Shown here: in pieces, positions 1 through 12,804 of the stretch
Position numbering within the stretch: the first letter of the stretch is position 1
How the letters are laid out: each line of letters starts with the position of its first letter
Source: Haliotis rubra
Taxonomy: Eukaryota
Direction: 5' to 3'
Assembly: GCF_003918875.1 (NCBI RefSeq)
Contig: NW_025766581.1
Span: 558,001-622,000, forward strand
Length of the DNA stretch: 64,000 nt
Notes under the pieces: generated by a model
What the model saw: the letters and a program-made list of their open reading frames with translations, nothing else
What the model was told of the DNA's origin: nothing
Database searches by the model: none
Made by a program: the position numbers and the translations under genes

Positions 1-65
1 CGGTGTAAAGCTAAACTCACTCACTCAAATCAGACTCTGTCATGTAAGTAGACAAAATGTGTTAC

Positions 66-2664
66 CTTTGATAGAACAGTTTGTGAACATGCGAGGGTTG
101 CTGATGACAAGATCTACATGAGTGACGCTGGTCTCGTGTGTAGGGGGCTGATAACGGAGATGGATGGGGAGAGTGACTGATGCTGCCAGGCTGAACCCTT
201 CATCATTGTCTGTGACGGTCTTCAGCTCAGTGTACACATGAAGCGTGTGTGGGGGTGAAAGGTGGGCAGGCTTCTCTATGTTAACAGCTGCATCAACTAA
301 AACCTGCAGATAACAAGGAAACATATTACAGGTAACATACAGCCTACATGTGAACAGCTTTACAAAACAAACATATTACAAGTAACATACAGCCTACATG
401 TGAATAGCTTTACAAAACAAACATATTACAGGTAACATACAGCCTACATGTGAATAGCTTTACAAAACAAACATATTACAAGTAACATACAGCCTACATG
501 TAAACAGCTTTACAAAACAAACATATTCAATCCAGGATTGTTGGATATGAAAGTAAAAGAGAATTTATATGATGAAGAGTTATAGAGTTGTTTCCCTTTA
601 ATGTGCCAGAATCCTATGATTATGAGTTTCGAATCGGTGATTTGCCTTACTAATTCTTCCTGGACTTTGGATTTCTTAACAACATTAAGCTGGCATTATA
701 TGATATAACCAAAATAAATCCAACTCAGTCTCTCACTATTCCAAACACTGACTGACTGACTGAGTTTTGGTTTTACGCCGCTTTTAGCAATATTCCAAAC
801 ATCACGTGGGACAACACAGAAATGGGCTTCACACATTGTACCCATGTGGGGATTCAACCGGGTCCTCGGGCGTGACGAGCCAACGCTTTTAACCACTAGG
901 CTACCCAGCCATATGTATACAGCCTGGTCCTGATGGTCAGTTTAATGATCTGCCAGCAAACACATTCATTTTTACAAGTGTCACTCACACACTCCATTAC
1001 TCTCTGACTAACGTAAACTCCTTCAAGGGAAACTAAGCACAGCATTTTTTAATCATATATCATAAAAACAAAACTTCAAATTAAATTGGCGGTCAGGTAG
1101 CCTAGTGGTTAAGGGGTTCGCTTGTCACGCTGAAGACCCGGGGTCGATTCCCCACATGGGCACAATTGTGTGAAGCCCATTTCTGGTGTCCCCCGCCCTG
1201 ATATTGCTGGTATAGTGCTAAAAGCCGTGTAAAACCAAACTCACTCATTCAAATTTGAAGTTTTATTTGAATCATTTTATTTAATTTAAAATAGCCTTAC
1301 TATAAAGACAATATCTTCATTTGAAAACTGAACTCATGACACTGTCAAGCAGACCAGTTAGATAGTCTGTTATGTGTTATGTTGTAGTGTTGAGTCTAAA
1401 CATGGGTATAATGTGTTTATGTTTAGCATATTGTATAAAATGGTAAGGGTTTTCTCATGTACTTTCTACATTTGACAGTCATTCAGACCCTGTTATAAGC
1501 ATAAATGTTTGAGACTAAAGCTCTCAAGCGCTAACCACAATATCTTGACAACATCTGAGACTTAACTGTTAAAGCTATTGCTTTCAGTATTCATATCAGT
1601 ATACAATCTCCTCTTCATATAGATTTGTTAAACACATCGTCTGGAAAATCTAATGCCATAAACAAGTACATGGTTTTGCTGTTCAATGCATTTCACTATA
1701 ATCAAAATTCAACATGCAAAGTTAGACAACTACATTTTTGGTAAAAATAAGTAATTTACCTTTAATAGGTAAAAAAATAAACATAGCTTTCCACTATAAT
1801 TAGACTCACAAAACTGGACATAAACATTTCCCATGGCACATAATGCTCGGAAGATATGAGAATAGCTTCAGTTCTATAAGATTACACATTCGGGTTTCTT
1901 TTCATTACTGATACTTTTACTTTAGTCCCAGCTTAAAAAATTTCAGTGGGTAAACGAGTATTTTTTTATCAGCATGATCAGAATATGGAGAAAATGTACA
2001 ACAATGCAGTACCCTACCTTTGGTCCCCCAAACTGAAGCATGGCTGAGAGCTGGAAGGGGTCCACATAGACGCCCGGGGGGAGCTTCTCCAGCAGCAGAA
2101 TCATGCAGTGATTTATGTCCCCTCGGTTGTGAGGGTTCACCAGCCACTCTACTGTCGTACTCAGGTCCCTGCTCAACAAACACAGACAGATATGTCTTCA
2201 CAATCTTATGTCAGATCAATATGCCTGTCAAAGGAATATCTGTGAACTAAAAAATATAAATAGTGTGGTCTTGCATTTTTCATACATGAACAACTTCAGT
2301 GATTAGGTTTCAATCCAACATATTTCAGGAGTTTCATGAAATTAACTTAAACAAGGCAACAGATTACTTAGCCACTCTGGCCTTCAAAAGATCCATCTTG
2401 TGCAATTATTTTGGAAAAGCTACTTACATCAGCTTTTTCACAAAACTGCATAAATGTAGTTGAGACAATGTAAGTAGACAAAAGATCGTTAGACTCATGG
2501 CCAAGTTGGGTGAAGGTTAGTCCTAGTTGATAACATTACCTGTGAAAGCCTTTTTTGTGCAGATGTCGTTCTAGATAGGGTGTTCCAATCCTCCGACTTG
2601 CTGATGTCAGGCAGAGTACGCTTGATGCAAGGACTGTCAATACTGCTGGGGTGATACAACACAT
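66..2664 (-). CDS. PIGX: PIG-X (GPI mannosyltransferase I stabilising subunit), 3'-partial; coding exons 2664-2540, 2168-2018, 303-66, continuing beyond window start
   Basis: Splicing at GT-AG sites in consistent phases (2, 0) gives MCCITPAVLTVLASSVLCLTSA (signal-peptide-like)...LERHLHKKGFHR|DLSTTVEW...ILLLEKLPPGVYVDPFQL...|VLVDAAVNIEKPAHLS...LPIHLRYQPP. GFHR, LPxGxYVDPxQL, IExP and PxHLRY are PIG-X/PBN1 motifs. Exon 1 uses a different frame from the ORF track. Confidence 0.9.
320..527. repeat. 50-bp minisatellite, about 4 copies, in a PIGX intron
   Basis: acatattaca recurs at 321, 371, 421 and 471, with a partial copy at 521. Confidence 0.95.
748..909 (-). mobile_element. tRNA-derived SINE family A, (AGTC)n-tail variant
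   Basis: Reverse complement of the family A consensus, with A box, B box, body and tail. Confidence 0.85.
1088..1250 (+). mobile_element. tRNA-derived SINE family A
   Basis: A box TAGCCTAGTGG, B box GGGTCGATTCC, body cccacatggg...gcccatttctggtgtccccc, (ACTC)n tail. Confidence 0.9.
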
Positions 2665-2763
2665 CCTGTAAGATGAACATTTTAAGAACTGTCTATCAGT
2701 CCATCAAAGTAAACCTTACAGTACATCTTGTTACTGATTATACTTAAGGAATACATCACCATT

Positions 2764-3031
2764 AGGGACCGTTCCTAATTTAAGGCTAGGGGAGGGAGGT
2801 AATGATGATTTTTATGGAGAAGCATGTACAATGTGAATGACCACCTCCCCTAAACTTTATGTACAAAGTAAGTGATGCCCCTGCATGTCATGTACAAAAT
2901 CAATGACCCCCCCTAGTACATGTGTGCAAAATTGATGACACCCCACCCCCCTACCTCCCCAGAACAAAATGGGTGACCCCCTCTTAAAATCATCATCACC
3001 TTCCCCAAGCCATAAATTATGATCGGTCCCT
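2764..3031. mobile_element. MITE, possibly PIF/Harbinger-type
   Basis: Imperfect ~30-bp TIRs: agggaccgttcctaatttaaggctagggga and tccccaagccataaattatgatcggtccct. Confidence 0.65.
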
Positions 3032-3182
3032 TTCTTAAAGATGTCAACTGTAACTGTGATATAAAACCATCTCTGTCTCTTTCGGATTCAGAGGAAGGAG
3101 CATAAGGTTTCACAAAATCCTCGATACTGACTGCTTCTGTGGTGTAGTGATGAAACTGTCTGCCCAGAGAGTGGAATATCCC

Positions 3183-3350
3183 TGTCATACCAAAGATGGT
3201 GTTTGTTGTTACCCTGTCTGGCACTTATTGACATTATGGGGATGGAAAGAAGCCTCAGAATGACTGGTTGGCACAGTCAGTATATAATGTGTCTGAGTAG
3301 TATTAACTGTGACATGGTACCTCGGCATGCTAGCACATTAAACCAGCATA
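3183..3350 (+). mobile_element. Old fragment of SINE family C (V-SINE-like)
   Basis: gtcataccaaagat...gactggttggc...tataatgtgtctgagt...gctagcacattaaaccagc matches the copy at 61373-61731. Confidence 0.6.
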
Positions 3351-3779
3351 TGTTTGAACTAATGGGAAAAGCCACACAAGTGCAATAATGGCAATAATCT
3401 TGGATGCAACTTTTGTCCAAACGTTTCAAACACCCCATACCCCTCCCCCATTTTTTCCATGACAGCTAGTTGTAACATTTGTGTCAGTATACTTGAACTA
3501 CACTTTATCATTCGGTTTAACATGCTGATTATTGAAAGTGATATCAAATGATAATTTTCATCAAATAGGAGAAAAGATAACTCGTCACTCTAAAACCTCG
3601 TACTATAGAGGAACTGATGAGCAATCTAGAGCACAAATTTCACATTTCCTCGATTCATTCATTTTCTTTGCCATTTCTTGGAGAATTGAACATTGCAAGA
3701 AATAAAATAACGTGATAATAAACACCTGATCAGTCAATACAACAAGCACATGTTCCTCCAGAATTTTGTAAACATCAAT

Positions 3780-3922
3780 TTTTACCCAATAATAATCGAC
3801 CTTTCGTTTTCTCCGTTCCTTTTTGACGGAATACACTTCCGGTTCCGGAATATTTCCTGAAAGTGGGGGAAATGTCAACATTTTAATTATTGCTGTTGAC
3901 AAGCTTCACGTTATATTTAGCA
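3780..3922. promoter_or_regulatory. Probable bidirectional promoter for PIGX and CHMP6
   Basis: Genes are divergent. ETS/GABP-like ACTTCCGG and TTCCGGAA lie at 3835-3850. A candidate PIGX non-coding exon donor (G|GTAAAA, minus strand) lies at 3786/3785. Confidence 0.55.
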
Positions 3923-6900
3923 ATGGGTAATTTATTCGGCAAATCGAAACCAAAGCAGTCACGAGTAACGGAACAAGACAGAGCTGTTCTTGTAAGTCAA
4001 AATGTTGCTTTACGAATCACTGATCAACTGACTCTATTTTGTCTCACGTAGACCTGTTGCCAATATTTTCTGTTTTATTGGCACTGAATTAGATAAGCCG
4101 ATGATCATGATGAAAATAAAACAACATCAGTAGAATATAGTTTACCAGATCCAGACTTTGATTCACATTGTATACATCAGTCTTGTTATCACTTGCCATC
4201 CACTGGCAGTCACAGCTGTATGTGTGATCGTGACCATGGTGACAACCATGTCTCACGGATCATCTTTTATATTTTGCTCTTAGTTATTATTTTTACGTTT
4301 AATCTAAAATGACGTAATAATTTCGAAAACGTTATGTTTCAGCACAACAGTACAACTTGAACTTTAAATTTAATTGATTATTTGCAAAGACTGAGTTAGA
4401 AAATCATTTCACAGGTTTCTTACCTGTGTTTCACTGTAATGATTACTATTAAAACTAAAAGGGAGAATATTTTCCATTTCATACAGGTTTTATGCATCTA
4501 CTGAGACCTATGACAAAATCATGACTCTTTCATTATTGCAATGATTGTTATAATTACAATGGAGGGATATGTATGATAAGATGGAATATATGGAATAACA
4601 ATTCAGCTGTATACTCATTTTTAGCAACTGAAACAACAGCCAGACAAACTGAAACAGTACCAGAAGAAGATCAATGCAAACTTGGAGAGAGAGAGGAATG
4701 TAGCCAGACAACTGCTAAGGGATGGAAAGAAAGAGTGAGATATATTCATGATTGTGATCAGTGTCATACTCTGTTGGTATTTATAAGCTCCATATCGTGT
4801 GCTATATTTGTAAGATTTATGCTTTTTCAGCTTGTAATTTATATCCAATCAAATCAGACAGCATAATCACATCCCTATCTATTCTTCCCCTAAATAGTCT
4901 CCCTGGGGATGTTGGGGAAGAATAGATGCCCAGTGTTTGAAATAAATGCTTGCCTTTAGACTTAGTCCTGGCCTGTAGCTTTTACAGTGTGTGGATCCTG
5001 GTGGCAGCCTTGAAATTTCAAACACCCATGCTATTAATAAGTATGGACTAAAGAGGATTGGAGGTATTAATGACTTGACTGAGTATATGCCATCATGACC
5101 TGATGCTCATGGTGATAGAGACTGGTTTGCTTGATCCAGACCAACCTGTCCATTCAGGCTACTATGATATACACATGATATATAGCTTCAACATGACAGT
5201 GAGTGGCGGCGGGGTAGCATTAGCCGCTGTGATGTTGCTGGAGTATTGGGTAAAACAAACCTCACTCACTCATTCACTCAAAATGGCTCAACAAAGTGAA
5301 TTTCATTCTTAGAACGGGTAAATATGTGTCTGTATTCAGCGAGGTTTGCTTATGTTTTCATGTTTATGCATGTTGTTGTTAACTTTTTTCTGTTAAAATG
5401 TATTTTTAATCATAATTTATGTTGTGACGGTGGATGTCTTATGAACCATATTGTTTGTTTCGTTGTGTAAGAATCATGCATGTTTAGGTTTGTTTTTGTT
5501 TCAGCAAAGCGTTACTACTGTTGAGGAAAAAGAAATTCCAGGAAGGTCTCCTTGTAAAGACAGATGGACAACTAGACAACATAGAGAGAATGGTAAATTT
5601 AGTTAAGACAAGTCACCTATGATAAATTCAAAATGTTTTGTGCTACACCAATTTCCATGCTAAACTAAAAACACTAAAGCTAAAAGTAGATTTGATTTTC
5701 ATTCAAAACCATTTTATTAATGTTGTCAGAATGTTTTTTATTGCCTCTAGGCCAGACCAAATTTATTTCTTGTTTTACAGATCCACCTGTCATATTTTTT
5801 CAAGAATAAGAAAAAAAAAAACAACTAATTTTCCCCGTTCAAAAATAAAATCCTAATGTTTTTATTGGCCCAAAATGTAAACTTACGAAAAAAAATTTTT
5901 TAGATTGTGTTTTGCCCCATATACACTTCATAAATTGCCAAAAGTAAAATACTTTGACTATTTAGAAGGAATATTACTTTGACTGGTGATTTTATTTTTA
6001 TATTTTTTCCCTCCTGCCTTTAGGTTTTCTGAGGACAAAAATCCATAAAACAAGAAATAAAATTGGTCTGGCCTTAAGTGGAAAATGACATTATCATGCT
6101 CAGGTGTTGAATAATTTAACCAATTTGTGCAGAGCATGAGGTGCATGAATGCAACACCTATAAAGACTGTTAGTCTGAGAGAATAGTCATAACTGCAGAG
6201 TATCTGCTCCCGAAATTCAACCATAGTGGCCTACTGATTTCAAGTCATTCAAGGTTCATAATGTTTTTCATGCCGAGATATTTGTGAAAAATGAGATGTG
6301 ACAGTTATCACTTATTTTCTTTTGATTGTTCATAGGTTCATGATCTAGAGTTTGCTCAGATTGAAACGGAAGTTGTGAAAGGACTCAAAGTTGGTAATGA
6401 CTCGCTCAAGAAGATGCATGAGGTGAGGAGATAAGGAATAGCTACTTTGTCGATCTACATAGTTACAGTCTTATACCAATCCCTGTATTCATGACAGGTC
6501 AGTCACACAAGGTAACAGTGAAGTGGGCTATTGGTTCAGTTTGGTCCCAGTGGAATCATGGAGGCTATAGCTTGAATGCAGAGTTTCAGCTGTAACCAAC
6601 TTATGCAGCTATTAAAGATCCTGGCAAGAATTGATATTCAGTAACCCATGCTTGTCGTAAGAGGTGACGAACAGGATCGGGTGGTCAGTCTAACTGACTT
6701 GGTTGACACATGTCATCATATCCCTATTGCGTAGATCGATGCTCATGCTGTTGATCACTGGATTGTCTGGTCCAGACTCGATTATTTACAGACTGACGCC
6801 ATATAGCTGGAATATTGCTGAGTGTGGCGCAAAACTAAACTCACTCACTCATGCAGATATTAGAGACTTGAACTCTGAAGAACTGCTGATTATCTATCCT

Positions 6901-9900
6901 GAGTTCATGAAGTTAATCGTGAGACTTTGGCAGGGAGCATTCATTCATAGGGATAGAGAGTCCATAATTTCTCGTTTTGAGTGGTTTGTTCTATATATTC
7001 CTTCTTAACACTTTATGAGAGAAAATGAAAAAAAGATACATATATTGTCCACCAAACAGAGAAACTTTGCAATTCATCTAATAGTCCATTGTTCACATGG
7101 CGTAATATCATGTATTTTGTGACATCATGAATAATAAAGTATTGTGACATCACATGGCTTAATAGTTCCAATCAGCATTGAGCATTGTATAAAGTGCACA
7201 TGTCCAGATATCAGAATGTTATTACACATGAAGTTTCTAGCAGTGTAATATTGTATATTTATAACAAGGAATGTAATTCTTGTACTGTGTAATTGTGCAG
7301 CTGCTGTCTCTGGATGATGTGGAGAAAATCATGGAGGAGACGAGGGAGGGAATAGAGTATCAACAGGTGAGACCTTTAAACCATGGAAACAATAACTAGC
7401 CAATCCGTACAGGAAAGATATGTAAAGTCATGTTGTTTGCTTTGTAGTTAAGCCAGCAGCCTGTCCTCCATATGGGACCACCTCTATTGCTCAAGTGGAA
7501 AGAGTGTTTGTCTAGAGACAAGTTGTCTGATTTCAGTCAATATCAAACCAAGAGATGTTAAGTGATGGTACTTGTTGTTACCGTGGATGTCTCTGGATAA
7601 AGGGAGTTAAACAAGGACTGGTCTGCTCGAGAGCCAATGCATCATATCTGAGTGGGATGTACTGTGGAAGCCCTCTAAACAGGCATTCATCGGGACCGGC
7701 AAAAAATGCTGGTATAGAGGGTGTGCTGGTTTAGAGAACCTGTCCCTTTTCAACCTGAGAATGATCTTCCATGTGCCGTAAAAGACTGAACAACATGTGG
7801 ATTCATATTCTTTATTCATCAATAAAGATAATATCCGGTAAAGCACGGAAAAACAAGCAAGTCTCAAAGCAGTTAAAGACATCTTCAGGCACATATCCAT
7901 CAATCAAAGTTGGGAGGCGTGACTTAAACTTTGAACTGTTTGATATCGTATCGTGTCTTCCAACATGCCAGCCAACCATCTGATGCCTTAAACTCGTTGA
8001 CATTTAATTCTGTGGCAAGCTTTTTCTTCAAATATAGGGCCAGAAATGGGTATGTTTTTACTGAGGACAGTCAAAAACCATCAATGAGCTTAATGCTGAT
8101 GGTAATCCTCTTTGTTGTTAATACACGTTCAGCCAATCAGCCAATCAACAGGAGAGCCGAGATACCGGATGCCGGTTTAGAGAGCGTTAGTTACTGTACT
8201 GTGTACAAACAGTCAATTGGGCGGTTTTTGTTGTGGCAAAATACCGAATAGACTGACGCCGGATTAGAGGGCGGGACCAAATTCTAGTGCCAATATTGAG
8301 AGCATGCCGGATTGGAGGGCTGCCGGTTTAGAGGGCTTCCACTGTATATGTTAAACTGTTGCATGAAATCTCATGGGCTGGCATGATAAGACCACCATTA
8401 TTCTGGACCAGTACACACAGCCAGACATTTGTGTCTGCATATTGCTATGAATCTGCACTACACATGAACGGCACATGTCTCTTCACCTCCGAAACAAAAT
8501 GCTCATTCTGGGTTAGACATATTTCTAAATATGTGTGAAAAATCATTTAGGCCTTTGGATTTTGTGTTTTTTAGTAAATATATGTCATCTCCCAGTCAAC
8601 ATTAGCAGTGCCACACATTTGCCAGCTTAAATTTATATCCTTCCACTCAGGAAGTAAATTAACAGATTCTTGGAGTTCATAAACAAATCCAGGCACTGAT
8701 ATTTTGTGAGCATTTTCACAGAAGGGAAGTAACTCTGCCTGTATGAAACTGTTGTTTGTTGCATCAGGAAATTGATGACCTACTGGCAGGAGGACTCACT
8801 GACCAGGACGAGCAGGACGTTCTAACTGAACTCAGTCAGATAGTACAGGTAGGTGCCACTTGCAGCATCAGGAGAGGATTCATTGTTTCAGAAATAATGT
8901 TTGAGAATATTTAATAATTTGTTTAAGGATTTTGTGCTTCTGTTTTCGTCCCATTAGCAGTTGTAGGCTTTCGACTGATGTTCAGTGAACTGGAAAATTC
9001 ATAATATAATGTTAGCTGAAGTACAGTTAACTTCAGAATCAAATTAACCAGTGTTGGGGAAATGATACAGGCTAGACTTTAGTCAGTGCTTATAACACGG
9101 TTGCATTTTAACATGTATCTTTCCTACAATCAGGATTCAACCCCAGAACAAGATCTGGAGCTTCCGGAAGTGCCTGATGAAGATGTTGGAGGTAGGGAGA
9201 TTATCATCAAACACTCTCTGTGGCTAAATTGTTCACTTGTTATGCAGGGGTGGCCCTGTCGGTCCAAGGTGCTGCAGTTTGCTTACAGAGTTGCCTCCCT
9301 TGGGCACTCCTGGGTTTCAGTACCAGTTTGCCCTGATCATGTTTCTAGTAGTGGTGGATCGATTAATTGAAATAATCGAAGATTGGTTGCAGTGACTTAA
9401 CGACCAAGCAATCGATCATATTTTCTCATAATCGAACACAAACAATTCTGGAACACTTGTTTTCATGAACTATATTTTTCACAAGGTTGATTTTGTCTGT
9501 TACAATTCATAAGCACTACCAGCTCGTTCCAAGTCATGATTGAATTTATCTTAAAGACTCCAAGAAATTTATGTTCTGAACATACTAGTCATTCTTTAAA
9601 GATGTGAAATATTGCGACAACAAAAACAAAGTACAACATGTTTTTTTCCTTATTTTTTTTTTAGCATTAACAAAAATAACCAGGAAAATTTGATAAATGA
9701 CGCCAACCAATTATTTTCAATGATCCAGTTTGCTAGATAATAAACATCGTAAAACCATTCTCCAGCTCACTACTCACTTACAGTATGTCGATAAACACTG
9801 TTCGGTTCTGTTTATCATGTCTCACTCTTGTCTTGCAGCATTATTACTGAAAGCATTAAACCTCCTCTCCAGTGAAATCTATATTGTAAAGTTTAAATAA

Positions 9901-11989
9901 ATGAAAACAAACAGTATTTATTTTGTCCGTTAGTTACAAAATATAGCAGATTTAAGTCAATGTCTGCTATAACAAAATGCCCATTTAGACTCAGCTGAAA
10001 ATATTAAGATACTTCAACAAAGGATGCTTGTGCTTATTTACCAAAATTGCCATCTGTCAGAGATACTTGCTTGAGTGCTGTTTTATTGTGGACATAGTAA
10101 AGTTTAGTTGTCTTGATGGTTAAGTTCAGTCTGGATTTGTCTACATTTCATGCTTATGGGTCACAGTGTGGCACATGAATCATATTGCCGGTGTTTGGTA
10201 ACATAAAATATTACTCTGATTATACTATACTAGGCAGATAAAGAAACTGTGCATACCAAAATTTAAAATCTAACTTTATCAAACCTGTGTAGACACATAA
10301 GGATTAAAACTCAGAGATTAGTGACATGTATCCAACATGCATGCACGTGCCACGTTCCGTGACGTCAGTGAGTTCGTCCTTGAGACGTGCAATACGTTGT
10401 TGCACGTGCATTCCAGGAAAGAGAAACAGAGCAAATGAATGCCACACAATACTGTCACTTTGGAAAGCTCAACCCCTGCCCTTGCGATCGTTCAAAATAT
10501 TAAACGGCTATTGAAACGCATAGCATGCCAAGGCTCACGTCTGCACAACGTCATGAGGCCATTGGGATGGTCCGTGGGAGAATGTCTCAACGACAAGTGG
10601 CTGCACATTTCCACTGCTACGGGAACACCATTTCTGCACTGGTGAGACGCTACTGCAGAACACAAATGACGCCATCGATCGGCCACGTTCTGGGCGCCCA
10701 CGTGTAACAGCGCCAAGACAGGACATATGGATAAGGGTGACCCATCCGCGCCACAGGTTTCAGACTGCAGTGATGACTGCCCTAACCATCCCAGGACTTC
10801 GCCACCCCAACACAGTTCGACAACATTTATGTCATCATGGGATCAGACCACGGCGTCCCGCCATACGGCCTATCCTGACACAACGTAATCGACAAGCTCG
10901 CTGAATGTGGTGCCAAAGTTATGTCCGCGGACCCTTGTTTTGGTGGAGAAATGTTGTTTTTACAGATGAGTCCAGGTTTAACATTTCCCATAGTGATGGA
11001 CGTCAACGTGCCTATAGACGCGTGGGAGAACGTTATGCACAGGCCTGTGTCTTGGAGAGGAATCGCTTTGGTGGTGGTTCTGTGATGATTTGGGGTTAAC
11101 GCCTAAGAACTCCTTTGGTGATTGTTCAGGGCAACTTAACTGGTATGGGCTACAGGGATCAGATTCTTCGACCTCAACGCCATGGCCCTGGGTTAGCATT
11201 CAAACAGGACAATGCCCGCCCTCATACGGCAAGGGTTGCTATGGATTTCTTGCAACACCACAGCGTTGACTTACTGCCTTGGCCTGCAAATTCACCGGAT
11301 CTCTCCCAGATAGAGCATGTTTGGGACAAGATGGACAAGAAGGATCGACGTCTACGCTGTCTTCCTCATCCGCCAGATAACGTCCTTGACCTTGCAACAG
11401 AACTTGAGAGAATCTGGCGTGGCATCCCACAAGCCTTCCTTGCACGTTTGATAGGCTCTATGGCGTCGTCGACGCACTGCTGTTCTCAATGCCGATGGTG
11501 GACATACCCGTTATTGAGCTTGTGACATGGTCGTTTGACCCCTGTCCCGCTTGTGGACTCGTGACGTCGTTGTGATTGACTTTTCAATTGAAATTCTCCG
11601 ACTTGTTATGGTCTCATGATCCCTCCATTAAAGTTTGTATGTACCTTTGACATTGTTATTGTACTTATCAACTGGGATAATATTTTGACAATGCACAGTT
11701 TCTTTATGTCGCTAGTATATAAGGGATATTACACTAAGCCACTGATCAAATTACCTACACAGTGGATGATGGGATTTCTTACACGGAGAGATTACCAAAC
11801 GACATGAACAAGTCAAAGGTGCAGTTGTTGTGAACTTTTGCCTTTAAGAGACATTTCAACACTAATAGTAACCGGTTATGTGTATGTTGTATCACTCTAA
11901 GTGATTGTATTCCTGTTTATTTTTCAGAGAAAGAGAGAAGAAGGGAGCAAAGGAAACACAAGGAACCGGAAGCTCTGACAGCATCCTGA
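3923..11989 (+). CDS. CHMP6: CHMP6/VPS20 (ESCRT-III), 206 aa; exons 3923-3991, 4625-4734, 5505-5592, 6336-6422, 7301-7366, 8768-8848, 9134-9191, 11928-11989
   Basis: MGNLFGKSKPKQSRVTEQDRAVL|QLKQQPDKLKQYQKKI...LLRDGKKD|KALLLLRKKKFQE...|VHDLEFAQIETEVVKGLKVGN...|LLSLDDVEKIMEETREGIEYQQ|EIDDLLAGGLT...|LELPEVP (MIM2-like)|...ALTAS*. All introns GT-AG; total 621 nt; N-terminal myristoylation Gly. Confidence 0.97.
5750..6073. mobile_element. MITE in CHMP6 intron 3
   Basis: TIRs ggccagaccaaatttatttcttgtttta and taaaacaagaaataaaattggtctggcc; flanks CTA/TTA. Confidence 0.75.
6612..6851 (+). mobile_element. SINE-like retroposon family B (structured head, 3' tail shared with family A)
   Basis: cagtaacccatgcttgtcgtaagaggtgac...gatcactggattgtctggtccagactcg...gctggaatattgctgagtgtggcgc-(ACTC)n; more than 15 copies or fragments in the window. 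Confidence 0.88.
7662..8344 (-). mobile_element. Internally deleted pogo/Tigger DNA transposon in CHMP6 intron 5
   Basis: TIRs c(t/a)gtggaagccctctaaac with TA duplications. Minus-strand remnants FKASDGWLACWKTRYDI (CENP-B-type HTH) and YVPEDVFNCFETCLFFRALPD (cf. FNxDETGLFxRxLP). Confidence 0.85.
10228..11717 (+). mobile_element. Tc1-like transposon (DD34E), decayed, in CHMP6 intron 7
   Basis: TIRs tactaggcagataaagaaactgtgcat and atgcacagtttctttatgtcgctagta; TA TSD. Broken transposase 10525-11517: MPRLT, VVFTDESRF, FKQDNARPH, WPANSPDLSQIE, GHTRY; 34 residues between D and E. Confidence 0.93.
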
Positions 11990-12804
11990 TCTATCTAGTC
12001 TGCACTGGTCAGATCAGGTTCTAACTGGTTCTGTCCAACTTCAAGTGGATGTGTGTGTGTACTGCATGAACTGAATGAGACTGATGCTCAAACTATGTCT
12101 GCTGGTGACTTTCACAGATCAACTCTGATGTTAGTCATAGTTAAATGCAGATGCTTTTAATTAATGAAAAGATTGTGTGTAAAATATTTCTGAAAATATC
12201 TTAAGTATTCAGAAATATATACAATTTCTTGCCAGACCGACTGTCCATCTCAGACGGACTGTTGGTTCTACAGAATGTGTTGGGTCATCAGGGTACTTCA
12301 CATTTCAGTCTGTTTCTGGTTACTTTTTGTTATTTTATGAACTTATTTCTTGTACCCTCTTTAAAAAAACAACTGTTCACATATGGCAAAATAGGGAGAA
12401 ACAGAGAGAACTGCCATGTTTTGAGATGTCAAGAACTTTGGAAGTCTTTTGAAGTGTGGGCATTTGGTTTATGGTTACAGCATTTGCTCTCCATGTCAAA
12501 GACCTGGGTTCCATTCCCCACAATGGCACAATATGTGAAGCCCATTTCTGGGGTCCTCTGCCCTAATGTTTCTGGAACATGGAAAGTTGGTATAAAAATA
12601 ATTACATTTATTCAATTCTGTTCAACATTGTTTCCACCCAGGAACTGGGTACAAGATCTGAATTTCCCCACCATACCTGAGGTCAAGGATTTTAATTAAG
12701 TGGTAAACCTCTGGCACTGATATATTGGTGAAATAGTGTTCTCTGACTGCAGCTGTCTCCTAGCAACTAACAGTATCCAGGTAATGGTTGCCTACATGAA
12801 TATA

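Noticed and set aside
1088-1160. tRNA genes
   Set aside because: A and B boxes are always followed by SINE body, tail and TSD, with no complete cloverleaf and terminator.
2495-2680. ORF-track reading of the PIGX first coding exon
   Set aside because: Wrong frame; the frame ending GFH-R gives a signal peptide and the correct splice phase.
6703-7008. Recurring LLITGLSGPDSIIY ORFs (also 16034, 34998, 50215, 60091)
   Set aside because: These are the non-coding body of family B; starts, stops and frames differ between copies.
9346-9775. Possible hAT-like MITE in CHMP6 intron 7
   Set aside because: The terminal inverted match (agtagtg/cactact) is too short and no TSD was found.
12229-12699. 156-aa ORF after CHMP6
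   Set aside because: Non-ATG start, within the probable 3'UTR, and partly a degenerate SINE.
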